NCBI GenBank assembly: GCA_964542675.1
Contig: CAZIUH010000003.1
Location: 8,932 to 64,208, forward strand
Origin: an uncultured Candidatus Saccharibacteria bacterium
GTDB taxonomy: Bacteria > Patescibacteriota > Minisyncoccia > Phycocordibacterales > PALSA-1337
Direction: 5' to 3'
Length of the DNA stretch: 55,277 bases
Shown here: positions 18,938 through 27,506 of the stretch, one piece after another
How the letters are laid out: each line of letters starts with the position of its first letter
Numbering within the stretch: the first letter of the stretch is position 1
Notes under the pieces: model-generated
What the model was told of the DNA's origin: nothing
The model's database searches: none
Seen by the model: the letters and a program-made list of their open reading frames with translations, nothing else
Program-made: the position numbers and the translations under genes

Positions 18938-19156
18938 TGGAGTCAGTGGCGGGCGGTATATTCATTTTTCACAATCGAGTATTTTTCCTGTGCGACGAAC
19001 GACTAGCATTTTCCAAGATTTTTGTACGTGAATGTCCGAGAGGACAAAAATCATGTAAAAATGCTGGAGTGAGGAGAAGGTAAAGTGAGAATCAACCTAA
19101 TATACACAGGATACGCAGATTGTAAAAAATGAATGTACCGCCTGCCACAGACTCCA
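18938..19156 (+). repeat. ~220-nt palindromic element with long terminal stem and inner hairpin
   Basis: tggagtc.gtggcgggcggtatattcattttt.acaatc pairs with gattgt.aaaaatgaatgtaccgcctgccac.gactcca, including G-U pairs on the plus strand. Confidence 0.8.
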
Positions 19157-19163
19157 TAAAAAA

Positions 19164-19964
19164 ATGCAAATTCAACCCAAAAAATCACTCGGGCAACATT
19201 TCCTGCATTCAAGAAAAGTTTTGAACGATATTATTTCTGCCGCGAATATTCAGAAAGATGAAATAATTCTGGAGATCGGTCCGGGAACGGGAATACTCAC
19301 GCGCGAATTATTGAACGCGAGAGTAAATGTAGTGGCAGTTGAAAAAGATATTCGTTCTTATGAATTATTAAAAGAAAAATTCGCCGGTGAACGCGCAAAA
19401 GGAAGTCTAATATTGAAATACGGCGACATTTTAAAATTTGATTGTCTTGCTACTGGTTTGAAAAAAGGTGAATACGCTTTGGTCGCGAATATTCCATATT
19501 ACATAACTGGGGCGATTCTAGAAAAATTTTTGGCAAATGATCCGCGACCGAACAGAATGGTCATGCTCACTCAGAAAGAAGTGGCGGATAGGATAGTAGC
19601 AAATGATGGAAAAGAAAGCATACTGTCAATTTCAGTAAAAGCTTTCGGCGAGCCACGAATTGTCGCCAAAGTTCCGAGAGGAGCATTCGCGCCACCGCCA
19701 ACCGTTGATTCGGCAATTCTTGAAATAAACAATATCTCTATCAAGAAATTCACCAATAGAGGGCTTGAAATAAGGAGATTTTTCGATATTGTTCGTACTG
19801 GCTTCGCTCATAAAAGGAAATTATTGATGAGAAATCTAGAAGATGTCGCGGATTTGGAGAATATCAAAAAAGTTTGGAATTATCTATCTTTTGACGAAAA
19901 AGTTAGAGCCGAAGATTTGAGCCTGGAACAGTGGTTTGCGCTATCCACAAAAATCAGCGCATAA
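19164..19964 (+). CDS. rsmA: 16S rRNA dimethyladenosine transferase
   Basis: KKSLGQHFL, LEIGPGTGILT, VANIPYYIT, QKEVADRI, FAPPPTVDS. Confidence 0.97.
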   Translation: MQIQPKKSLGQHFLHSRKVLNDIISAANIQKDEIILEIGPGTGILTRELLNARVNVVAVEKDIRSYELLKEKFAGERAKGSLILKYGDILKFDCLATGLKKGEYALVANIPYYITGAILEKFLANDPRPNRMVMLTQKEVADRIVANDGKESILSISVKAFGEPRIVAKVPRGAFAPPPTVDSAILEINNISIKKFTNRGLEIRRFFDIVRTGFAHKRKLLMRNLEDVADLENIKKVWNYLSFDEKVRAEDLSLEQWFALSTKISA

Positions 19965-19996
19965 TTGCCTTCCTTTGCGCTATAATTGTGTATAGT

Positions 19997-20821
19997 ATGG
20001 CTATATTATACCCGCACAAGCAGACGGTAATCATTTTCATCGTATGTGTTGTCGTCGTTGGCGCGGTCACTTGGTATTCACACGGATTAAATATCACTCA
20101 AATACAAAACCAGAAAGGAACGAATACCACGGCCTCGGCAAATATTGATCAGATTTCTACAACCGATGTCTCTAACGACTGGCAAAAGCAATTCTTCGGC
20201 TCTGCGACTAGCAGTGTCAAGCTTTCAGCGAAAAAACCCGCGAATACGACCGCCGAAACGCCGCTTTCGTTCACCGATCAGCTTGGTCGGGACTATTTCT
20301 CGCAATATATGATGGCTATGCAAGCCGGACTCGATAGCGATCCAAATGTAACTAACAGCATCAACAACCGATTTATCGAGCGTGTCGCCAATGCTGCCAA
20401 CCCGACGATATACTCCATGAAAGATATCTATTTGATTTCTGATAAAAATATCGAAGTGATCACCAATTATAAAAAAAACTTGACATACACTCTACAAAAT
20501 ATGCCGAGCGACGACGCGGCGACTATTGCCAACGACGCGTTTAACAATGGAGACATGGAATCGCTGAGTAAAATCGATCGTATTGTAAACGGATATGAAG
20601 CTGTGGCCATGTCTTTGCGAACAATGCCTGTACCACAATCAGTGGCGCAATATCATTTGGATTTATTGAATGGTATTAGTATAACTCTCTATAATGCAAA
20701 ATCACTTCGAAATGTTGAAAAAGATCCTGTTCAAGGGCTAGCGGCTGTCGGTATATACATTGTGGGTTTAGAAAATATATCAACCGCATTAAATAATATA
20801 CAACAAAAAATATGGCAATAA
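19997..20821 (+). CDS. hypothetical membrane-anchored protein (T4SS-like cluster)
   Basis: N-terminal TM, helical C-terminal part; start at MAILYP. Confidence 0.75.
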   Translation: MAILYPHKQTVIIFIVCVVVVGAVTWYSHGLNITQIQNQKGTNTTASANIDQISTTDVSNDWQKQFFGSATSSVKLSAKKPANTTAETPLSFTDQLGRDYFSQYMMAMQAGLDSDPNVTNSINNRFIERVANAANPTIYSMKDIYLISDKNIEVITNYKKNLTYTLQNMPSDDAATIANDAFNNGDMESLSKIDRIVNGYEAVAMSLRTMPVPQSVAQYHLDLLNGISITLYNAKSLRNVEKDPVQGLAAVGIYIVGLENISTALNNIQQKIWQ

Positions 20822-22524
20822 TAAAAATGATGAAATCATTATTTTCTATGCGAAAGATTGTAACATTAATGTTGATAGTAACATTGTTATCGCAAGCATT
20901 GTTGCCACTCTCTGTGCATGCGGTGTTTACAACAGTGACAGAAATAGGCGGCAATCTCGTGACAAATTTAGTAACCACGGGAAAGGTAACGGCGCAAACA
21001 GTCAAGGAATATGTTCTCGACACTCTGGCATATAGCATTGCAGGTATTATGCTCCAACAGGTAACAGCCAGCGTGGTCAATTGGATTAATACTGGTTTCC
21101 AAGGCAATCCTTCTTTCTTGACCAATCCAGAAGCTTTTTTTCTTGATGTCGGAGACCAAATAACCGGTAATTTCATTTCTGAAACAGGAGTTTTGTCAGG
21201 TCTCTGTACACCATTTAGTATTGATATCCGTTTGGCTCTTGCTTTGGGTCAAAATAATAATATGTATAAGAGATACACTTGTACCTTGAATTCAGTGATT
21301 CAGAATGTAGGCAATTCGACGATAAATGGCAGAAGTATAAACGGTTTTATGAATGGCGACTTCAGTCAAGGGGGTTGGCCAGCTTTCATTACCATGACAA
21401 CTCAACCACAAAATAATATCGTTGGCGCATATTTGACCGCGCAAAGTGATCTCTTGCAAAAGATAGGGGTAACACAAAATCGTTACAGCCAAGATCTCAT
21501 TCAGGGTAGCGGTTTTCTGTCATGGAAAAAATGTACAGATATCAGTGAAGACGATTATATGGCGCAACGAGATTATGATGAAGAAATGATGGGTGCAGAC
21601 TATTCTTCCCTGAATAGTTCTGGCAATCGGTCACTCAATGTTGGAACAGATATGTATAGCGGTGGAGATGTAAGTGTTCAAAAATCAGGTTCAGCTTTGC
21701 ATCCCACATACAAGAGTTGCGAAACTCAAACTCCAGGCTCGGTTATCGGCGGAGCGATAAATAAATCTTTGGGAATTCCACAGGACAGACTCAATCTGGC
21801 GGCTTCATTCAATCAAATCGTCAGCGCTTTATTCGCTCAGTTGGTAACACAAGTATTATCAGGAGGGCTCAAGAGCGCCAGTAATCCCGGACCCTCGGGA
21901 ATTGTTAGTGGTATTGCGTACCAATTGTCCACACAAACCGAAAACGATCAACTCGCTGATGCGCGACAGAGACTGCACGGCGGAGTAACTGAATATTACA
22001 TGACTACTTCACAGTATGTTCAGTTACGACAGCAAGCCGTGGATTCCATCACCAGCGTCAAAAATCAATATCTCGCCGCAAAAGTCTGCTTCGACATGAA
22101 GGTTGGCTCGACAACACCAGTTTCTGGCTTATCTATGGATAAAATATCTTATGCCAGGAGTGAAATGGCTTCCATCGATACTGCTATTGCCACAAAGATA
22201 GTGGCTTTAGAGAATATCTACGGTCCGAAATTAACTGATGCAAACAATAAAAAAACAACCATACAAAAACTTCTTCTTGATATAGATAATGCGACAACAA
22301 CAGGTTCCATACAAAAAGTTTCTGAGACATTCTCTACGGCCGTTCAAGGAGGTTCTATAGATCAGACCACGCCTAATGCAATTCCTGCATTCACTTCCCA
22401 GATCGATATTATGAACGCACAAAATGATCTACAGACTTTACAGGAACAGCTTACGCCGCTTTCAATAGAAGCCAGCCAATTCCAGGAATCATGCAATATG
22501 TTCCCGAATTATTTCATGCCGTAA
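20812..22524 (+). CDS. hypothetical secreted/membrane protein (T4SS-like cluster)
   Basis: 570-aa ORF, signal peptide (..LSVHA), VVNWINTGFQGNPSF and GFLSWKKC segments, coiled-coil C-terminus; start uncertain. Confidence 0.8.
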   Translation: MAIIKMMKSLFSMRKIVTLMLIVTLLSQALLPLSVHAVFTTVTEIGGNLVTNLVTTGKVTAQTVKEYVLDTLAYSIAGIMLQQVTASVVNWINTGFQGNPSFLTNPEAFFLDVGDQITGNFISETGVLSGLCTPFSIDIRLALALGQNNNMYKRYTCTLNSVIQNVGNSTINGRSINGFMNGDFSQGGWPAFITMTTQPQNNIVGAYLTAQSDLLQKIGVTQNRYSQDLIQGSGFLSWKKCTDISEDDYMAQRDYDEEMMGADYSSLNSSGNRSLNVGTDMYSGGDVSVQKSGSALHPTYKSCETQTPGSVIGGAINKSLGIPQDRLNLAASFNQIVSALFAQLVTQVLSGGLKSASNPGPSGIVSGIAYQLSTQTENDQLADARQRLHGGVTEYYMTTSQYVQLRQQAVDSITSVKNQYLAAKVCFDMKVGSTTPVSGLSMDKISYARSEMASIDTAIATKIVALENIYGPKLTDANNKKTTIQKLLLDIDNATTTGSIQKVSETFSTAVQGGSIDQTTPNAIPAFTSQIDIMNAQNDLQTLQEQLTPLSIEASQFQESCNMFPNYFMP

Positions 22525-22642
22525 TAGAAAAGTGAGAAGTGAGAAAGAAGAGAGTAGAGAAGCGCGGGTAATAAGAAAAAAATAAACTTTGGGACAAAAA
22601 ATTAGGAAGATTGGGTATGTCGAGGAAAATTAAATGAATTAG

Positions 22643-24568
22643 ATGAATAGATTCAAATCATATTACAAAATCATAAAGAAAATCCTGCCGATATTATTTT
22701 TGGCGGTTGTTGTTTGGATGGGGATGGGCGGAGTGGCGCATGCACAGGGTGCCATTGCTTCGGCCGCGGGTTGGCTTTTCGACAAAGTACTGTTTAATCC
22801 AGTACTTCAGCTCGTGGCATATCTAGCGCATATTTTATTTTCTCTGTCGAGCATGTTTCTCGCTATGTGCGGAACACTCATGAATGTCGGAATACAATTG
22901 ACTGTTCATCTCGGAACATTTATTCATAACAATGACATTATTTACACGGTATGGGGAACTATCCGTGATATAGCAAGCATATTACTCATCTTCTTCATCT
23001 TATGGGCGGCATTACAAATGATTTTGAGTCTAAAATCTGCGGGATATGCAACTTTGATAAAAAATATTGTGATAGCCGGTATCCTCATCAACTTCAGTTT
23101 TTTCCTTGCACAAGTCTTGATTGACGCGTCAAATATCGTTTCTTTGCAATTCTACAATGCCATGGCACCTTCACAAGATGTGGAATACCTTCCGGATGAT
23201 ACATTGGGTCAAGTCATATCAAAGACAATAACCAATGGCAGTGGTGGCGTGTCTGGAATATTTTCCAGCGCGCTTGGGGTAAATCAGTGGTGGAGCAATA
23301 AAAGTAATTTTCAATCTTCTGTTAGCACTGCCGGTGGAGATACGAACCTGTTAATGGGCATCATTATTTCCAATGTTGCCGGCACTTTAGTGCAAATACT
23401 GGCAGGTCTAAGCTTTTTAGCTGCGGCCCTCGCAACTTTATGGCGTAGCGTTATTCTGATTCTTCTTCTGGGCTTTTCTCCAATATGGATAGCTGCATAT
23501 GCTATGCCACAATTAAAGGATTTCAAAGACCAATGGATGGGGCCATTCAAGTCCAATCTTTTATTTCTACCGACTTATTTAATGTTCATGTATGTCGCGG
23601 TATTAATAATAAGCAAGAGCGATCTAAACTTTTTAGTTTCCAATCTCTCCACAAATTCTGGTAATACATCTGGGGTATATATTCAATTATTTGTCGCATT
23701 CGCTATCATTATCATTTTGGTAAATGTTCCCCTTATCGCCGCGTTGAAATTCTCCAGTCTGAATCTGAAAGTAGTAAAAAGTTTGGGAGATTCCATGGAA
23801 AGTTTCAGAAAATGGGCAACAACAGGTAGATTGAAAGCAACATCGGGATGGACAGGGAGGAATGTGGTTGGACAGGGTGCCTACGCTTTGAATAAGAGCG
23901 ACACCTTGCGCGGACTGGCAAGGTGGAGTCCTGCCGCTGGGATATTAGCTTCAAAAGGTCTTTCGAAAGTAAGTTCTGCCAGTTTTGGTGGGAAAAAAGA
24001 TGGTTATGATACATCACTAAAACGACAAAAGAAGGATATTGAGGCTATGCATAGACGAATTGGTGAAGTAGAGAGAAGTGATTATGGATCAATCGGGGAG
24101 TTTAAAGAGGCAGAGAAAAAAGCAAGGGAGGATCAGGCAGGGTTCAGAACAAGTCTAATTCGTCCGAATTTGTTTAACAGAATGATGGGAATAAGAGGTA
24201 ATCGTGAAGCAGAAGCAAAACTGAGCGAGGATGCTCGCAAAAAAGCACTTTTAAACAGTTTGAAAGTTGACAAGAAGGCGCGGGAAGACAAAACTCAAGA
24301 ACTAAAAGAATTAAATAAAAGGCTTGAGAATGATGCTCGAGGTGTTGGATTTGCCCCCGGTAAAACTCCAAGTGCGGAAGACTTAGAGAGAAGAAGAAAA
24401 TTGGAAGAAGAGGTTGGGAGATTGGATGAACAAATTGAGAAGGCAGAAGAGGAAAAAGAAAAAGAAAGTATTGAACGAATCGTGAAGGGTGTTAGAGAAA
24501 AGAATGACGAAGAAAAAGGTGGTAAATCTGAAAAAAAGAAGGAAGAAAACGAAAGTAATAAAACATAA
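22643..24568 (+). CDS. VirB6/TrbL-like polytopic membrane protein
   Basis: About 8 TM segments (WGTIRDIAS, ILINFSFFLAQVLIDASN, LLLGFSPI), charged coiled-coil tail; upstream of PrgI/VirB4. Confidence 0.65.
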   Translation: MNRFKSYYKIIKKILPILFLAVVVWMGMGGVAHAQGAIASAAGWLFDKVLFNPVLQLVAYLAHILFSLSSMFLAMCGTLMNVGIQLTVHLGTFIHNNDIIYTVWGTIRDIASILLIFFILWAALQMILSLKSAGYATLIKNIVIAGILINFSFFLAQVLIDASNIVSLQFYNAMAPSQDVEYLPDDTLGQVISKTITNGSGGVSGIFSSALGVNQWWSNKSNFQSSVSTAGGDTNLLMGIIISNVAGTLVQILAGLSFLAAALATLWRSVILILLLGFSPIWIAAYAMPQLKDFKDQWMGPFKSNLLFLPTYLMFMYVAVLIISKSDLNFLVSNLSTNSGNTSGVYIQLFVAFAIIIILVNVPLIAALKFSSLNLKVVKSLGDSMESFRKWATTGRLKATSGWTGRNVVGQGAYALNKSDTLRGLARWSPAAGILASKGLSKVSSASFGGKKDGYDTSLKRQKKDIEAMHRRIGEVERSDYGSIGEFKEAEKKAREDQAGFRTSLIRPNLFNRMMGIRGNREAEAKLSEDARKKALLNSLKVDKKAREDKTQELKELNKRLENDARGVGFAPGKTPSAEDLERRRKLEEEVGRLDEQIEKAEEEKEKESIERIVKGVREKNDEEKGGKSEKKKEENESNKT

Positions 24569-24573
24569 ATCCT

Positions 24574-25317
24574 ATGAAACTATTCACAGCAAACGAAATA
24601 CAAGCTCAATTCGAGAAACTTCCAAAAGAGGTGCAGACAGCTATTACATCTACGGAAATCAATGACAAGATAGAAGCGCTTGCGAAGAAACATAATTTGT
24701 TAATCGATCAAACAGGTGAACTTGTTGATGAAATCGGTTTAACAATGATGGGTTTGTCGAAATCCGCCGATTTTGTTGACCATATCATCACACGATGTTC
24801 TATTAACAGAAAAAATGCAGAGGATATCGCTACAGATATCAACAGAGAAATATTCGATTCCATACGACAACATATGAGACAGATCGAAGAAAAAGTGGAG
24901 CGGGAAGAAATAAAGCCTCAAAACATTAACCAAGCCGAGAATGATAATAGTGCCCTCGAGCGCGCGGGGGATTTTGAGATATTGAGTGAAAGCGGAAGTG
25001 AGAGTATTCGTCGTAATGATGCAAATAGTAGGGCGAGAAATTATGGGGGTGGAAAAGAAGAGAAGAATGAGGAAGTGAATAGGGAGACAAAAAATGTGGA
25101 AAATATTGAAAATGATAATTTGCTAGGAGGTCCAACAGGAATAGTTGTAACCAAGGAGAAGGTTGTACCCGAAGCGTCGACAAATCTGCCGGTAGAGAAA
25201 CCTAATATCGAGGAGCCTGCTACAACACCTCTTGTTGAAAATTCAGTCACACCGCCACCAACCCTGAAACCGCCGCAAAAAGGGTATGTGAATGATCCAT
25301 ACAGAGAACCATTTTAA
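24574..25317 (+). CDS. hypothetical protein with C-terminal DPYREP motif
   Basis: Helical N-terminal domain, disordered acidic/Pro linker, ends NDPYREPF. Confidence 0.75.
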   Translation: MKLFTANEIQAQFEKLPKEVQTAITSTEINDKIEALAKKHNLLIDQTGELVDEIGLTMMGLSKSADFVDHIITRCSINRKNAEDIATDINREIFDSIRQHMRQIEEKVEREEIKPQNINQAENDNSALERAGDFEILSESGSESIRRNDANSRARNYGGGKEEKNEEVNRETKNVENIENDNLLGGPTGIVVTKEKVVPEASTNLPVEKPNIEEPATTPLVENSVTPPPTLKPPQKGYVNDPYREPF

Positions 25318-25758
25318 TCAGTTAAGTTTCCTCTCATGCTTATCCATGAAATCAGTAATATGTTTCATGTACGCTTTGTATTGCCCTATATCGTTCGTTA
25401 TATCACTTAACACTTTGCCTTTGTCCACCTTTTCATATCCATGAACCAATTTATTCCTCAATCCAACAGACTTTGAGATTTTAAATGCCAGTTCATTGGG
25501 AATAATGCCATTTTTTCCTAAAATGGGGAATGTTCCTTCGTAATCATCCGGCGATTCCAAATTGCCACGAGTTATTATGTGGGTGTTAATGTCAATCGCG
25601 GCATCAATGATCAACTGGAAGAGTCTGGCAATGATATGCATTTCAGGACTGACGACAGTAATTCTCCCGAGTTTAACTTGATCGAGATAAGGACTGAGTT
25701 CCTCCATATACGAACTCATTGCGGAAAGTTTACTTGTGATAACATCGATATTAGGCAT
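25318..25758 (-). CDS. hepT: HepT (DUF86) HEPN ribonuclease toxin
   Basis: RX4HXY motif: GLRNKLVHGYEKVD. Confidence 0.88.
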   Translation of the reverse strand: MPNIDVITSKLSAMSSYMEELSPYLDQVKLGRITVVSPEMHIIARLFQLIIDAAIDINTHIITRGNLESPDDYEGTFPILGKNGIIPNELAFKISKSVGLRNKLVHGYEKVDKGKVLSDITNDIGQYKAYMKHITDFMDKHERKLN

Positions 25759-26161
25759 AGGTTTTTTGCAAGAATTTCTTCAATCGTATAGCACGATATA
25801 TCCGCAATGGTTTGGTATCTACATATGAACGAAAGGCGTGAATTTTGAACAAGTCAAATACGCTGGAATTTTCCTCGTACAATAAAATTCCTTCTTCCGC
25901 CACCCGTTTCTTCAATTCGGGAGAAACATTTTCCAAATTAACTTCCTCAATTTCCGTATTATTAAATACACGAGCGATTGCACGATTAATATCATATGAT
26001 TCATGGTAGTCAATCTCCTTGCGTGCGATAAAGCCGATATCAATATCGCTTTTGGGGTGTGTATGACCAGTCGCTTGTGAACCGAATAGCACAACAAGCG
26101 CCAATTCATACTTCTTGGCGATCACAGCAATTTTTTTCTTTGTATCATCATTGATAATCAT
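25751..26161 (-). CDS. mntA: MntA minimal nucleotidyltransferase antitoxin
   Basis: LFGSQATGHTHPKSDIDI (GSX10DXD); overlaps hepT start. Confidence 0.88.
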   Translation of the reverse strand: MIINDDTKKKIAVIAKKYELALVVLFGSQATGHTHPKSDIDIGFIARKEIDYHESYDINRAIARVFNNTEIEEVNLENVSPELKKRVAEEGILLYEENSSVFDLFKIHAFRSYVDTKPLRIYRAIRLKKFLQKTYA

Positions 26162-26216
26162 AAATATATACTATCATTTATTGGTATACATCGCCAGATA
26201 GGGTATAATAATACAA

Positions 26217-26654
26217 ATGCGATATCAAGTACCTCAATTCATAGAAGTAGAAGACAAAATCTTCGGACCCCTGACTTTGAAGCAATTCATATACCTAGCT
26301 GGCGGCGGGGGGCTATCATTCGTTGTATACGTTCTTATGGGAAGTCTCCTTCTATCGTTCATTCCGATAGTTATAATCATAGGGATTTCCGTGGCACTGG
26401 CGTTCTACAAAGTCTATAATCACTTTCCTTTAGTAAATATCGCCGAATCGGCGTTCAATTATTACAGGGGAAGTAAATTGTTCATCTGGAAGAAAGAGGA
26501 AAATAAGAAAACAGAGAATGAAAACAAAGCAATGAAGGAAGTAAAGGATTACGCGTCACTCACCGTTCCGAAGATTTCCGACAGCAAACTGAAAGATTTG
26601 GCGTGGAGTTTGGACATCAAGGAAAGTATGTATTCGAATGAGAACCAGAAGTAA
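26217..26654 (+). CDS. PrgI family protein (VirB3-like)
   Basis: MRYQVPQFIEVEDKIFGPLTLKQF followed by two TMs. Confidence 0.85.
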   Translation: MRYQVPQFIEVEDKIFGPLTLKQFIYLAGGGGLSFVVYVLMGSLLLSFIPIVIIIGISVALAFYKVYNHFPLVNIAESAFNYYRGSKLFIWKKEENKKTENENKAMKEVKDYASLTVPKISDSKLKDLAWSLDIKESMYSNENQK

Positions 26655-26659
26655 TACGC

Positions 26660-26732
26660 TGTCATTTTCGCGAAAGCGGGAATTTAGTATAATAATAAAA
26701 GTTATTAGATTCCCGCTTTCGCGAAAATGACA
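26660..26732. repeat. 24-bp perfect inverted repeat, dRS3-like GTCATT..CGCGAAAGCGGGAAT palindrome
   Basis: tgtcattttcgcgaaagcgggaat (26660-26683) / attcccgctttcgcgaaaatgaca (26709-26732). Confidence 0.85.
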
Positions 26733-27377
26733 CAACAAAAAATGGCGACAAAATCTCAAACAACTCAGGAATTCGTACCCGTCCAAGAAATACGCGACGG
26801 CGTGGTTATTTTGCGCGGTGGCGGAATGAGATCAGTCGTCTTGGCGTCATCTCTGAACTTCGCTCTCAAATCGGCCGATGAACAAAGCTCAATACTGTTT
26901 CAGTTTCAGAATTTTTTGAACTCTCTCGATTTTCCGATACAGATCGTCGTCCAATCAAAAAAGTTAGATATCAGGCCGTATATTGCCCTACTTGAAGGAC
27001 GCTACAAGGAACAGATAACCGAACTTATGAAAATCCAAGTGCGTGAGTATATAGATTTCATACGAACATTCGTGGAGAACACCAATATAATGACAAAAAG
27101 TTTCTTTGTCGTCGTACCGTATGACCCGCCGATAATGACAACGAGTAATAATCCAATATCAAAATTCTTACCGAAAAAGCAAGGTGGAGCGACATCGACT
27201 ATAGACGAACAATTCCAGGAATATAGAACGCAACTTGAACAAAGAGTTTCTGTGATTGAACAAGGATTAGTCAGATGTGGCGTCCGCACGGCAGAACTCG
27301 GAACCGAGGAAGTGGTAGAATTGTTCTACAAGTTATTCAATCCAGGGGAAACGGAGAAACCGATTCAGATAACATAG
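26727..27377 (+). CDS. T4SS accessory protein resembling a VirB4/TraC N-terminal region
   Basis: LNFALKSADEQ..FQNFLNSLDFPIQI; lies between PrgI and VirB4; true start may be ATG 26742. Confidence 0.7.
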   Translation: MTQQKMATKSQTTQEFVPVQEIRDGVVILRGGGMRSVVLASSLNFALKSADEQSSILFQFQNFLNSLDFPIQIVVQSKKLDIRPYIALLEGRYKEQITELMKIQVREYIDFIRTFVENTNIMTKSFFVVVPYDPPIMTTSNNPISKFLPKKQGGATSTIDEQFQEYRTQLEQRVSVIEQGLVRCGVRTAELGTEEVVELFYKLFNPGETEKPIQIT

Positions 27378-27387
27378 GACAATATTC

Positions 27388-27493
27388 CGCAAGCTCCGAA
27401 GCGAAGCCGACACTTCGCGGAACGAGCCTTAGCGGAGCGGAACGATTAATGGCTCGTGAAGCGAATGTGTCGGCGAAGCACGCGAAGCTTGCG
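27388..27493 (+). repeat. palindromic element family 2, copy 1
   Basis: gccgacacttcgc..cgagcctta..taa.ggctcg..gcgaa.gtgtcggc; homologous to the reverse complement of 41607-41696. Confidence 0.85.
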
Positions 27494-27506
27494 AACAAAT
27501 AAACTT

